From assembly GCA_963817895.1 (NCBI GenBank), contig CAWFQB010000001.1:1600001-1664000 (forward strand): 64,000 bases of DNA, read 5' to 3'. Below, one piece after another: positions 19,971 through 29,561 of this stretch (the first letter of the stretch is position 1; the number at the start of each line of letters is the position of its first letter). The stretch comes from an uncultured Chthonomonadaceae bacterium (GTDB taxonomy: Bacteria; Armatimonadota; Chthonomonadetes; Chthonomonadales; Chthonomonadaceae). The notes below the pieces were generated by a model. It worked only from the letters and a program-made list of their open reading frames with translations, had not been told where the DNA came from and ran no database searches. Position numbers and translations under genes: made by a program.

Positions 19971-21773
19971 TCACTTCCTTGCTTCCAATTCTTCCCAACG
20001 GGCGTATAAAGTGGCGACGCGGGTTTGCGCGGTTTCCAATGCTTTCAGCGCGTCCTGCATTTTGAGGTGGTCAGAAAACACAGTAGAGTCGCTGAGGGCT
20101 TGCTGCCGCGTTTCCACGTCCGTTTCCGCTGCCATGATCGCGGTTTCCATGTTCGCCAGCTCTTTTTGCTCTGCCGTACTCAAGCGGCGCAGGGGAACCG
20201 CGCCCGGTTTCGCGCCGCCAGACGTTTTGGCGTTGTCGGTTTTTGACGCATCCGATTGCCGCCCCTGCATCTGTTCCCATTGCGCGTAATCGGCAAAATA
20301 CGCCGCGCCCCCCCTACCGTCCAACGCCAGCAGTTCCTGCGAAACGTTGTCGAGCATGTAGCGGTCGTGCGTGACCAGTATTAATGCCCCTTTGAACTCT
20401 TCCAGACTGTCTTCCAGCACTTCCAGCGAGGGTATATCCAGATCGTTTGTGGGTTCGTCCAGTATCAGCACGTCGGCGGGTTGAAGCATTAAATTCGCGA
20501 TTAAGATACGCGCCTGTTCGCCGCCCGATAACTGGCTGACCGGCATATCCAACTGCTGCGACTGAAACAGAAACCGCTTTGCCCATGACACTATATGGGT
20601 TTTGCCGCCCTGATACTCCACGTAATCGCTGTTGGGCGAAAGCGCGTTGCGCAGGGACACCGTTTTATCCAACTGCGCCCGGTTCTGATCGAACAAAACG
20701 ATGCGCAGACCGTCCGCCCGCCGAATCGTACCCTCGTCCGGCTGCAAGGTATCGGTCAGCAGGCGCAACAGGGTGGTTTTGCCGGAACCGTTCGCGCCGA
20801 TCAAGCCTAATTTCGTGCCGGGTGAAAGCGTCACGTCCACGCCCGAAAACAACTGCCGTTGCCCCATTGTTTTGGCAATGTTTTTCGCGACAATTAGTTC
20901 GCGGGTTCTGCGCCCCGACGCGGAAAAATCAATGGCGACCGCCTTGTCCTGCGCGTTGCGGTATTTCACTTCCGCAAACTCGCCGATCAGTTGGTTGGCG
21001 GCGTCAATGCGGTACTGGGCTTTAGTGGAACGCGCCTGCGCCCCCCGCCGCAACCATTCGATTTCGCGCTTCACCTTGCCTGCCATCGCGTGCTGCTGCT
21101 GCTGCTGCGCGGCCAGCAGTTCCTCTTTCTCCATTAGAAACTGACTATAATTGCCCCGGATGCTCAGATAGCCTTCGGGGTACGCGCGGTTAAGTTCCAC
21201 GATGCGGTTGGTGATGTTTTCCAGAAAGGTTCGGTCGTGGCTGACGAGGACAAACGCGAATGGCGCGTTTTGCAGCAGGTTTTCCAGCCACAAGACGCCC
21301 TGCAAATCAAGGTGGTTGGTGGGTTCGTCGAGCAACAGCAGATCAGGACGCTGCACCAATGCCCGCGCAATGGCAAGCCGCTTTTTCCAGCCGCCGGACA
21401 GCGCGCCGACAACCTGCGAACCATCGGCAAAGCCCGTCGCCGTCATCACGCGGTTCTTCTCCGCGTCGCGCTCATAGTCTTCCATCGGCTGCTGCTGTAA
21501 CACGGCGTCCAGCACATCGTCAACGGTCAGGTCGGGCGGAAAGCGATCTTCCTGCGCCAGATACACCAGATTCAGATAGCGGCGGCGCGTTATTTCGCCC
21601 CTATCCGGCTTGTCCTCGCCCGCCAGCAGGCGCAGCAGGGTGGACTTGCCGGAACCGTTCGGCCCGATCAAGCCCAGTTTTTCATCGGCTTCGATGCCGA
21701 ACGTAATATCGGAAAACAGCGGTCGAGCGCCGTAACTTTTGGTCAAAGATTGACAGGATACCAGAGGAGCCAT
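19971..21773 (-). CDS. ABC-F family ATPase (Uup-like)
   Basis: Two ABC domains (GPNGSGKS/LSGG/DEPTNHLD and GANGSGKT/LSGG/DEPTNDLD); C-terminal coiled coil RWEELE. Confidence 0.92.
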   Translation of the reverse strand: MAPLVSCQSLTKSYGARPLFSDITFGIEADEKLGLIGPNGSGKSTLLRLLAGEDKPDRGEITRRRYLNLVYLAQEDRFPPDLTVDDVLDAVLQQQPMEDYERDAEKNRVMTATGFADGSQVVGALSGGWKKRLAIARALVQRPDLLLLDEPTNHLDLQGVLWLENLLQNAPFAFVLVSHDRTFLENITNRIVELNRAYPEGYLSIRGNYSQFLMEKEELLAAQQQQQHAMAGKVKREIEWLRRGAQARSTKAQYRIDAANQLIGEFAEVKYRNAQDKAVAIDFSASGRRTRELIVAKNIAKTMGQRQLFSGVDVTLSPGTKLGLIGANGSGKTTLLRLLTDTLQPDEGTIRRADGLRIVLFDQNRAQLDKTVSLRNALSPNSDYVEYQGGKTHIVSWAKRFLFQSQQLDMPVSQLSGGEQARILIANLMLQPADVLILDEPTNDLDIPSLEVLEDSLEEFKGALILVTHDRYMLDNVSQELLALDGRGGAAYFADYAQWEQMQGRQSDASKTDNAKTSGGAKPGAVPLRRLSTAEQKELANMETAIMAAETDVETRQQALSDSTVFSDHLKMQDALKALETAQTRVATLYARWEELEARK

Positions 21774-22071
21774 AATACTTTTAGTTTACCACACCGTTGC
21801 GGTAGGAGGAGGTACGATGCAGTCTTGTTTTCACCGACGAGCTATTTCTTGCCCTCACAAACTGTATTCTCAAACAATTTAGATCATCCGCATACTTGCG
21901 AACTTTTACCCGTCAGTTCAACGTCAGTAATATTACACTACGAATTCACTAGAATTTCTCTGAGAATACTCTAGTATGTCACATTATTGCGAGGTTGATA
22001 GTGATGACTTACGCGCCTGCTGTTGAGAACATCAGCGACGGGCGCACAGTGGCGGAAAGGAATGAAGCGAG

Positions 22072-22473
22072 ATGCAAAAGACGATTCTGGCGGTGGATGA
22101 TGAGCGCAGCATTGTGCGACTGGTGCAGATCAATCTGGAACGGCACGGCTACCGCGTGGTGACGGCGATGGATGGCCGCGAAGCGCTGGAGAAGATCGCG
22201 CAGGAGGTTCCCGACATGGTGGTGACGGACGTGATGATGCCCCACATAGACGGGTTTGAACTGCTGAAAACGCTGCAAAAGAACCCGGCGACCCGCGACC
22301 TGCCCGTGATTATGCTGACGGCGAAAGCGATGGATGCCGATGTCACGGCGGGCTGGCAGTCGGGCGCGGCCTGCTATTTGACCAAACCGTTCAATCCGAG
22401 CGAACTTGTCGCGTTTGTGAAACGCATTTTTGCTTTTCGGGAGGAGGAAGACGGTACAATACTACAACTGTAG
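22072..22473 (+). CDS. Single-domain response regulator
   Basis: VDDE, DVMMP, LTAK, KPF. Confidence 0.93.
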   Translation: MQKTILAVDDERSIVRLVQINLERHGYRVVTAMDGREALEKIAQEVPDMVVTDVMMPHIDGFELLKTLQKNPATRDLPVIMLTAKAMDADVTAGWQSGAACYLTKPFNPSELVAFVKRIFAFREEEDGTILQL

Positions 22474-22577
22474 CAGGTTGTTAGTTGTTAGGTTGTTAGG
22501 TTGTTAGGTATGCGGTTGGCAGAGTTGCGGCGCGCAAGCGTGGCGCTCTTGCATCCTCCTAACAACTAACAACCTGC
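22473..22577. repeat. Inverted element (GTTGTTAG)n ... (CTAACAAC)n
   Basis: Starts at the regulator stop codon. Confidence 0.85.
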
Positions 22578-22602
22578 ATTTCCGCAGACACGAGGTTGTA
22601 GA

Positions 22603-23310
22603 TTGACCAGAGACGCGCTGTATACATTGGAAGAACTGGCGCACACCGCCCACATCACGCCCCGCGCCGTGCGTTACTATGCGGCCAAAGGATTGTTGCC
22701 CGCGCCACAGTCCCGAGGCCGCTACGCGCTTTACGGAAGCGCCCACCTCAACCGCCTGCGCCTGATCGGGCAAATGAAGCAGGCGCTGCTTCCCATTGCC
22801 GCCATGCGGGATCGCATGTTATCCCTCACGGACGCGCAGGTAGCCGCCCTGCTGACGCGCAGCGAATGGCCGGAACGCAATTCCCACTCGCAAGCGGGCA
22901 ACGCGCTGACCGATGTTCCCCCGGATACGGTTGGCGCGACGCTCGAAGAGCAGGCGGAAGCGTACCAGTACATTCTGGATGCCCTGACCGCCCGCCCCAA
23001 CGGAGAAGCGCTTCTTGCCGAAAACGCGCAGGCTGTCCCCCCCTCGCGCCGCGCCCTGTTTCCGCGTCCTTCCGTTGCAGAAGAAGAGGAGAAGAGGAGA
23101 CAGGGAGAAAAGGAGATACAAGATACAAGATACAAGATACGAGAAGGAGAGCAATCGTCAATCGCCAATCGTCAATCGTCAATCGAAATCTGGCAGCGTA
23201 TTCTGCTTGCGCCGGGGGTGGAACTGCATGTGCGCGACGATAAAAATACGCAAAACCGGCAGAAATTGGAACGGCTGATTGCCGAAGCGAAATCTTTGTT
23301 CGAGTCGTGA
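22603..23310 (+). CDS. MerR-type HTH protein with a repeat-derived linker
   Basis: RAVRYY..KGLLP, Y...HL.RL; C-terminal WQRILLAPGVELHV. Confidence 0.82.
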   Translation: MTRDALYTLEELAHTAHITPRAVRYYAAKGLLPAPQSRGRYALYGSAHLNRLRLIGQMKQALLPIAAMRDRMLSLTDAQVAALLTRSEWPERNSHSQAGNALTDVPPDTVGATLEEQAEAYQYILDALTARPNGEALLAENAQAVPPSRRALFPRPSVAEEEEKRRQGEKEIQDTRYKIREGEQSSIANRQSSIEIWQRILLAPGVELHVRDDKNTQNRQKLERLIAEAKSLFES

Positions 23311-23378
23311 GGCCGTCTTTAAGGTTGTGTTATACTACTAGAAGGCAGATGCCAACTAGAGACAGGAGGGGCAAAGCA

Positions 23379-23681
23379 ATGGCAGCGTTGACACAGCAAG
23401 AGCGTACAGTCACAACGGAGGAGCTAACAGAATTGCAAGAGAGCGTAGATGCCTTGGAAGCGCGCGTAACCGTTCTGGAAGCCGAAGCCGCCCGCCTGAA
23501 AGCGCAACAAGTAACAGCAACACCGGAGGACGCTGCTCCGTGGTGGAAAAAGATATGGGGAACGTTTAAGGATGATCCCGATTACGAAGAGGCAATGCGT
23601 TTAGGGCGCGAGTACCGAGAGTCGTTGCGCCCCGCAGACGATGAGGCAGTACTAACAAGCAATGAGGAAGTTGCCGCGTAA
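23379..23681 (+). CDS. Probable antitoxin (VapB-like)
   Basis: PWWKKIWGTFKDDPDYEEAMRLGREYRES; stop overlaps the PIN gene start; AGGAGG RBS. Confidence 0.78.
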   Translation: MAALTQQERTVTTEELTELQESVDALEARVTVLEAEAARLKAQQVTATPEDAAPWWKKIWGTFKDDPDYEEAMRLGREYRESLRPADDEAVLTSNEEVAA

Positions 23682-24103
23682 TGTTTATTCTTGACACAGA
23701 CCACCTCAGCATTGCTGACCAAGACACCGTAGAAGGTTTCAACCTCGGGAGGCGGTTGGCGCTTGTACAGTCCGCAGACATTTTCGTCAGTGTCATCACC
23801 TATGAGGAACAGATGCGTGGATGGCTCACCTACATTGCCCGCGCAAATACTGTTGAGCAGCAGGTGCGCGCCTATGCCAACCTGCGGCTGTTTATTGATC
23901 GTTATCAGCAGATTTCTTTGTTGAACTATGACGATCAGGCTGCGGCCCACTTTGAACGATTGCGACAAATGCGCGTTCGTATCGGCACGATGGACTTGAA
24001 GATTGCGGCTATCGCGCTTGCCAATGATGCCACCGTGTTGACGCGCAACCTGAGCGACTTTGAAAAAGTACGCGGATTGCGCGTCGAGGATTGGTCGGTA
24101 TAA
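23681..24103 (+). CDS. vapC: PIN-domain toxin VapC
   Basis: ILDTD, TYEE, MDLKIAAIA, TRNLSDF, EDW. Confidence 0.9.
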   Translation: MFILDTDHLSIADQDTVEGFNLGRRLALVQSADIFVSVITYEEQMRGWLTYIARANTVEQQVRAYANLRLFIDRYQQISLLNYDDQAAAHFERLRQMRVRIGTMDLKIAAIALANDATVLTRNLSDFEKVRGLRVEDWSV

Positions 24104-24158
24104 TGCCTGTGTACTTCAACAGAACTGTTTATTCGTCCGTGTAACTTCGTGAATTCTG

Positions 24159-25286
24159 CTATGCCTGTTTTAGCGCGTGGGGATTGAGGGCTTGCAGTTC
24201 GGGCAGGGTGAACAGGCCGTCCTTGCGAATTAGAACGTCGTCGAAGTAGATTTCACCGCCGCCGTATTCGGGACGCTGGATGCACACCATGTCCCAATGC
24301 ACCTGCGATTTGTTGCCGTTATCGGCCTCCTCATACGCCTGTCCGGGCGTTAAATGGAAACTGCCCGCGATCTTCTCGTCGAACAGAATGTCCTTCATGG
24401 GTTTGAGAATATACGGGTTGAAGGCCAGCGACCATTCGCCGATGTAACGCGCGCCCTCGTCCGCGTCCAGAATCTCGTTGAGTTTGTCCCCGTCGCTTTC
24501 CGCGCTTGCTTCCACGATTTTGCCGTCCTTGAACACCAGCCGGATGTTGTTGAACGTCGTGCCGCGATACAGGGTTTCGCAGTTGTACTGAATCACGCCA
24601 TTTACCGAGTCTCGAATAGGGCAGGTGAAAATTTCCCCGTCCGGCACATTGGCTTCACCGGCGCAGGGAACGGTTGCAATCCCCTTTTTGCTGAAAGTCA
24701 GGTCGGTTCCCGCGCCCAGAATGTGAACCCGGTCGGTTTTATCCATCAGCGCGTGTAAGGGCTTCATCGCTTCCGCCATCTGTCCGTAATCCACGCCCGC
24801 GCACACCTGAAAATAAAAGTCTTCAAAGGCTTCCGTAGGCAGATTGGCGGCCTGCGCCATGCTCGGATTGGGCCAGCGCAGCACTACCCATCGTGTTTTG
24901 GGAACGCGCACTTCGCCATGCACGTACCGCCACCAATGCTCTTCGTACAGGCTCATGCGCTCTTTCGGCACATCGGCCAGTTCGTTGATATTGTGGCTGC
25001 CGCGCACACCGATATAACACTGCACGGATTCCATCTGTAGCCGCTCAATCGCGCCGATGGTTCGCATCTGCGCCTCAGTCGCCACCGAATACAGAGCGCG
25101 TCGAATCGCCATTTCGTTCGTGCTGACAATCGGCAGCCCGCCCGCCGCGTCCACAATTCGAATTAGTTCCACAACAAAATCGGTAGGAATATCGAACGTC
25201 TCGATAAACACCTTGTCCCCCGGCGTCACTTTAATCGAATGGCGTACCAACAGCGTCGCTAACTGCGTATAGCGTGGGTCTTTCAT
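24159..25286 (-). CDS. M29 family aminopeptidase
   Basis: NVPDGEIF, ARYIGE, LFDEKI.GSFH, S.VHWD. Confidence 0.92.
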   Translation of the reverse strand: MKDPRYTQLATLLVRHSIKVTPGDKVFIETFDIPTDFVVELIRIVDAAGGLPIVSTNEMAIRRALYSVATEAQMRTIGAIERLQMESVQCYIGVRGSHNINELADVPKERMSLYEEHWWRYVHGEVRVPKTRWVVLRWPNPSMAQAANLPTEAFEDFYFQVCAGVDYGQMAEAMKPLHALMDKTDRVHILGAGTDLTFSKKGIATVPCAGEANVPDGEIFTCPIRDSVNGVIQYNCETLYRGTTFNNIRLVFKDGKIVEASAESDGDKLNEILDADEGARYIGEWSLAFNPYILKPMKDILFDEKIAGSFHLTPGQAYEEADNGNKSQVHWDMVCIQRPEYGGGEIYFDDVLIRKDGLFTLPELQALNPHALKQA

Positions 25287-25302
25287 TAAAATCTCCTTGT
25301 AG

Positions 25303-25410
25303 GTAGGGTTTTAGGGTTTTAGGTTTCTATGGTTCTATGGTTTCAGGTGTTCGGCTTGTATCTCGTATCTCGTATCTTGTATCTCCTATCTTCTTACCCC
25401 TTACCCCTTT
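25303..25410. repeat. Stacked degenerate heptamer/octamer arrays including (CTCGTAT)n and (TTACCCC)n
   Basis: In a divergent intergenic region. Confidence 0.75.
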
Positions 25411-25553
25411 CACCTTATAAAGGGTAAAATCCTGTATGAAGACGCGAGAAGCGCGACGGCAAACAAAGCGGTTTACCCGGACGTATGGAGTTTCAGAGAG
25501 AACCTGCGGCGTTTCTGAACGTCTGCATAGTAACGAGAAGTTACGAAGGAGTT

Positions 25554-25799
25554 ATGAGCGTGGCGACAATAACATGCGTGAAGTGCGGCGCGGAAGCCGC
25601 AGCAATGCCGGAACCGCCCGTCGGCGGGCAGTTGGGACAGACGATTCAGAGTAAAGTCTGCCCGACATGCTATAATGAATGGGCAAATCAAGCCGTGCTG
25701 TACATCAACCATTACGGCCTGCAAATGGCTGACCCGGATGACCGCAAGAAACTCAATCAGGCCATGAAAGAATATCTCAATCTGGAACCGGCCCGCTAA
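25554..25799 (+). CDS. YggX-like Fe(II)-trafficking / oxidative-damage protection protein
   Basis: PP.GGQLG..I...VC..CY.EW, IN.YGL...D...RK. Confidence 0.8.
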   Translation: MSVATITCVKCGAEAAAMPEPPVGGQLGQTIQSKVCPTCYNEWANQAVLYINHYGLQMADPDDRKKLNQAMKEYLNLEPAR

Positions 25800-25805
25800 T
25801 CGCAA

Positions 25806-25868
25806 AGGATGAAGGATGAAGGATGAAGGATGAAGTTTTTCCTTCTGTCTTCTGTCTTTTGTCTTCTC
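25806..25868. repeat. Heptamer arrays (GGATGAA)x4 followed by (CTTCTGT)x3
   Basis: Immediately after the yggX-like stop. Confidence 0.85.
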
Positions 25869-25894
25869 TTTTCCTCTGCTGGAGACAACGGCCT

Positions 25895-26827
25895 ATGACG
25901 CAGCCGCCCCTCGCGTCGCAACAACCGCAACTGCAAGACCGTTTTCGTGGCGTCCTGCTCGGCTCGGCAGTGGGGGACGCGCTCGGCGCGCCGCTGGAGT
26001 TTCAGCCCGCCCGCGATCCGAACCATTACGTCACCGATATGATCGGTGGCGGATGGCTGCGCCTTGCCCCCGGCGAATGGACGGACGACACGCAAATGAC
26101 GCTGTGCGCGGTAGACAGCCTGCTGGAAAAGCGCGTGTTCGATCCCGACGATATTGCGCGGCGTTTTGTCGCGTGGCTGCAATCCAGCCCGCCGGATGTG
26201 GGCAACCATACGCGAACAGTTTTGAACGCCATTGCGCGTGGCGTGGGATGGGAAGAGGCCAGTACAAAGGCGCAGGCCGCCAATCCCGATAACGCGCCCA
26301 ACGGTTCCCTCATGCGCTGTTCGCCCCTCGCGCTGTTCTTTTATCGCCACCCTGATTACGTCGCCACGCTGTCGCCCGTGTTTTCGCGCATTACGCATGC
26401 CCACGCGGATTGCGAACAGAGTTGCGTGTTTCTCAACGTCGCCATTGCCCTGCTGCTCATGGGCGCGGATAAACAGGCGGCGATAGCGGGCGCGGAACAG
26501 GCCACTGCGGGGGTGTCGGAGGAATTAAAAGCGCGAATTCGCCGCGCGCAGGAAACCCGCAACGACACCTCTCCCACCGGCTACGTTTTAGACACGCTGG
26601 AAGTGGCAATATGGGCGTTTCTGCACACGGCCACGCTGGAAGCCGCGCTGATTGCCGTCATCAACCGGGGCGCGGATGCAGATACGGTCGGGGCGGTTAC
26701 AGGCGCATTAGCAGGCGCTTATTACGGCTATTCCTGCATCCCCGCCCGCTGGCTGAATGCGCTCCACGAATGCGACGCGCTTCTCGCCCGCGCCGATGGC
26801 CTGCTGCTGATTGCGCAAGGGGCGTAG
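25895..26827 (+). CDS. ADP-ribosylglycohydrolase
   Basis: GDALGAP, WTDDT, NGSLMR, TH, GADADT; GGAG RBS. Confidence 0.92.
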   Translation: MTQPPLASQQPQLQDRFRGVLLGSAVGDALGAPLEFQPARDPNHYVTDMIGGGWLRLAPGEWTDDTQMTLCAVDSLLEKRVFDPDDIARRFVAWLQSSPPDVGNHTRTVLNAIARGVGWEEASTKAQAANPDNAPNGSLMRCSPLALFFYRHPDYVATLSPVFSRITHAHADCEQSCVFLNVAIALLLMGADKQAAIAGAEQATAGVSEELKARIRRAQETRNDTSPTGYVLDTLEVAIWAFLHTATLEAALIAVINRGADADTVGAVTGALAGAYYGYSCIPARWLNALHECDALLARADGLLLIAQGA

Positions 26828-26835
26828 GTAAGGAT

Positions 26836-26909
26836 AGGTTGTTAGTTGTTAGATTGAGCAGGACAGTATTATAAACTTTGTATCGTAACAACCTAGCAAC
26901 TAACAACCT
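26836..26909. repeat. Inverted element (GTTGTTA)n ... (TAACAAC)n
   Basis: Between co-oriented genes. Confidence 0.82.
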
Positions 26910-26930
26910 TCCTCTCGAAAGGATTTCACG

Positions 26931-27746
26931 GTGACAAACACGGAATGGCGGCGCGCGATTGTGGTGGGCGCGTCGTCGGGAATAGGCGAATCGCTGGCGC
27001 GGCAACTGGCGGCGCAGGGCTGTCAGGTTGCGCTGGTGGCGCGGCGCGAATCGGAATTAGCGCGGATTGTTGAAGACATTAACGGGAGAACTCGGCAGGT
27101 AGTTGCGCCAGTTCCGCAAGAATCTGCCCGAATACCCAACACCGAACACCCAACACCAACATTAGCGCGGGCGTATGTCCATGATGTGCGCGAGTATGAG
27201 TGCGTTCCCGCGCTGTTTCAGCAGATTACGCATGATATGGGCGGACTGGACCTGATTATTTATGCGGCGGGCGTGATGCCGCTGATTGAGGACAACGAGT
27301 ACGCCTTTGATAAAGACAGGCTGGCTATCGAGATCAATGTTCTGGGCGCGATTGCGTGGCTGAACGAGGCGGCGCAGCGATTCGAGCGGGCGCAGGCGGG
27401 AACCATTGTCGGCATCTCTTCGGTTGCGGGCGACCGGGGGCGCAAGGGCTATCCGGCTTATGGCGCGTCCAAGACCGCGCTCAACACCTATCTGGAAGCC
27501 CTGCGCAACCGTATCGGCAGATACGGCGTTAAAGTCGTCACCATCAAACCCGGCCCCGTAGATACGCCGATGACCAAAGACGTGACCAAAAAGCCGCTGT
27601 TGATTTCCGCAGACGAGGCCGCTAAAGCAATTCTTACCGCCGCCCGCGCCGGGAAACATACCGCCTACGTTCCGTGGAAGTGGCAGCCGATTATGCTGAT
27701 TATTCGCAACATCCCGTCCGCCATTTTCAAAAAGTTAAATTTTTAG
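26931..27746 (+). CDS. SDR oxidoreductase (DprE2-like)
   Basis: GASSGIG, SSVAGDRGR, YGASK, PGPVDT; adjacent to a DprE1-like gene. Confidence 0.85.
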   Translation: MTNTEWRRAIVVGASSGIGESLARQLAAQGCQVALVARRESELARIVEDINGRTRQVVAPVPQESARIPNTEHPTPTLARAYVHDVREYECVPALFQQITHDMGGLDLIIYAAGVMPLIEDNEYAFDKDRLAIEINVLGAIAWLNEAAQRFERAQAGTIVGISSVAGDRGRKGYPAYGASKTALNTYLEALRNRIGRYGVKVVTIKPGPVDTPMTKDVTKKPLLISADEAAKAILTAARAGKHTAYVPWKWQPIMLIIRNIPSAIFKKLNF

Positions 27747-27893
27747 GAGTGTTTAGCCGCAAATGAACGCGAATACACGCGAATGTCGTTCAAGTACATT
27801 GTCGCGGTAACATGAAGGCAACTCTTGCGTTGATGAGACGATTGGCCGAAGGCCTGATAACCGGCTTTTTATAAGCCGGATGCGCGTACCATT

Positions 27894-29411
27894 ATGGAAC
27901 TGTCCACACTACAAACGACTCTGCCCCCCAACCCTTATACAGAGATAAACACCGCTTCTTGCGTCCACACGTCCGAAACATTGCGCCCGCCCATGCCGCT
28001 GGAACGTCTGGAGCGCGTGGAAACGTGGGGCATGAATGAGGCCGTTCTTTCCTACGTGTATCGCCCGACTACCATTCAGGGAATTCGGGAGGCGTTTGAG
28101 ACGGCGCGGGCGCATGGCCTGAAAGTGGGACTGCGCGGCGCGGGACGGAGTTACGGCGATGCGTCGCTGTCCGGCGAAAATGTCTGCCTCGACCTGACGC
28201 GCATGAACCGAATTTTGGACTGGAATCCGCAAACCGGCGTTCTCGTTATCGAACCGGGCGTGACCCTGCGCCAATTGTGGCAGTATGTGGTTGGCGATGG
28301 CTGGTGGCCGCCCGTCGTGTCGGGAACCATGACCGTGACGATGGGCGGCGCGTTGGGCATGAACTTTCACGGCAAGAACAACTTCAAAATGGGGCCGATA
28401 GGCGACCATGTTCTGGAATTCAACCTGCTGCTGCCGACCGGCGAGTTGGCGACGTGCAGCCGCGAACAGAATGCCGACCTGTTTTATGCCGCTATCGGCA
28501 GTTTCGGCATGTTGGGCTGCTTTACGCGCATCGTCCTGCAAATGAAAAAGGTGGAATCCGGCCTGCTGTCCGTGTATGCGTTTTCCGTTCGTAATTTTGC
28601 CGATATTATCCGCGAGTTCGAGGCCCGCATGGACAAAGCCGATTATCTTGTGGGCTGGATAGACTGCTTTGCCAAAGGCGATCAAATGGGCAGGGGGCAG
28701 GTACACGAGGCGTTTTACCTGCACGGGGAGGACGATCCTAACCCCGCCCAAACCCTGCGCGTGGAGAATCAGGAGTTACCAGACACGCTGTTCGGCTTGA
28801 TTCCAAAGTCCATTATGTGGCGATTGATGAAGCCATTCAGCTGCGATTGGGGCATGCGACTGCTGAATTGGGCCAAATATACCGCCAGCAGCACAATCGG
28901 CAACCGCAAGTGGGCGCGGCAATCCCATGCCGGTTTCGCGTTTCTGCTGGACTACGTTCCCAACTGGAAATGGGTGTACAAGCCAGGGGGATTGATACAG
29001 TACCAGAGTTTCGTTCCCGCCGCCCATGCCGAAAAATGCTTCACCGCGCAAATAAAATTGTGTCAGCGCATGGGCATTGTTCCCTATCTCGGCGTGTTCA
29101 AGCGGCATCGGCGGGACGATTTTCTCATGTCCCACGCGGTAGACGGTTACTCCTTCGCCCTCGACTTCCCCGTCACCAAACATAATCGCAAACGGCTGTG
29201 GGCGCTTACCGCCAAACTGAACGAGTTGGTACTGGCCTCCGGCGGGCGTTTCTATTTCGCCAAAGACAGCACGCTGGACAACGCCAGCGCGGCAACGTAC
29301 CTCGGCGGGGATGTGCTGCGCCAGTTCGCCGCCCTGAAACGCGAGTGCGACCCCGAGAACCTGCTGCAAACGGAATTGTCGAAAAGGTTGTTCGGAGACT
29401 TTGGCGCGTAA
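27894..29411 (+). CDS. FAD-binding oxidoreductase (DprE1-like)
   Basis: RGAGRSYGD, TMGGA...HGKN, QYQ, ALDF, GGRFYFAKDS. Confidence 0.88.
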   Translation: MELSTLQTTLPPNPYTEINTASCVHTSETLRPPMPLERLERVETWGMNEAVLSYVYRPTTIQGIREAFETARAHGLKVGLRGAGRSYGDASLSGENVCLDLTRMNRILDWNPQTGVLVIEPGVTLRQLWQYVVGDGWWPPVVSGTMTVTMGGALGMNFHGKNNFKMGPIGDHVLEFNLLLPTGELATCSREQNADLFYAAIGSFGMLGCFTRIVLQMKKVESGLLSVYAFSVRNFADIIREFEARMDKADYLVGWIDCFAKGDQMGRGQVHEAFYLHGEDDPNPAQTLRVENQELPDTLFGLIPKSIMWRLMKPFSCDWGMRLLNWAKYTASSTIGNRKWARQSHAGFAFLLDYVPNWKWVYKPGGLIQYQSFVPAAHAEKCFTAQIKLCQRMGIVPYLGVFKRHRRDDFLMSHAVDGYSFALDFPVTKHNRKRLWALTAKLNELVLASGGRFYFAKDSTLDNASAATYLGGDVLRQFAALKRECDPENLLQTELSKRLFGDFGA

Positions 29412-29561
29412 TTTGTTCATGCAAACGCCTCGGTTTTGTCACGCTGTTGTCACACAGAATGATATATCCTACAGCCATGAACCCCTGCGAAGACTGCAAA
29501 CGTCTTCTCAACATAGGGTATGCTGTACATTACAGAAGCAAGAGGCTGCAAAGAACGCATT

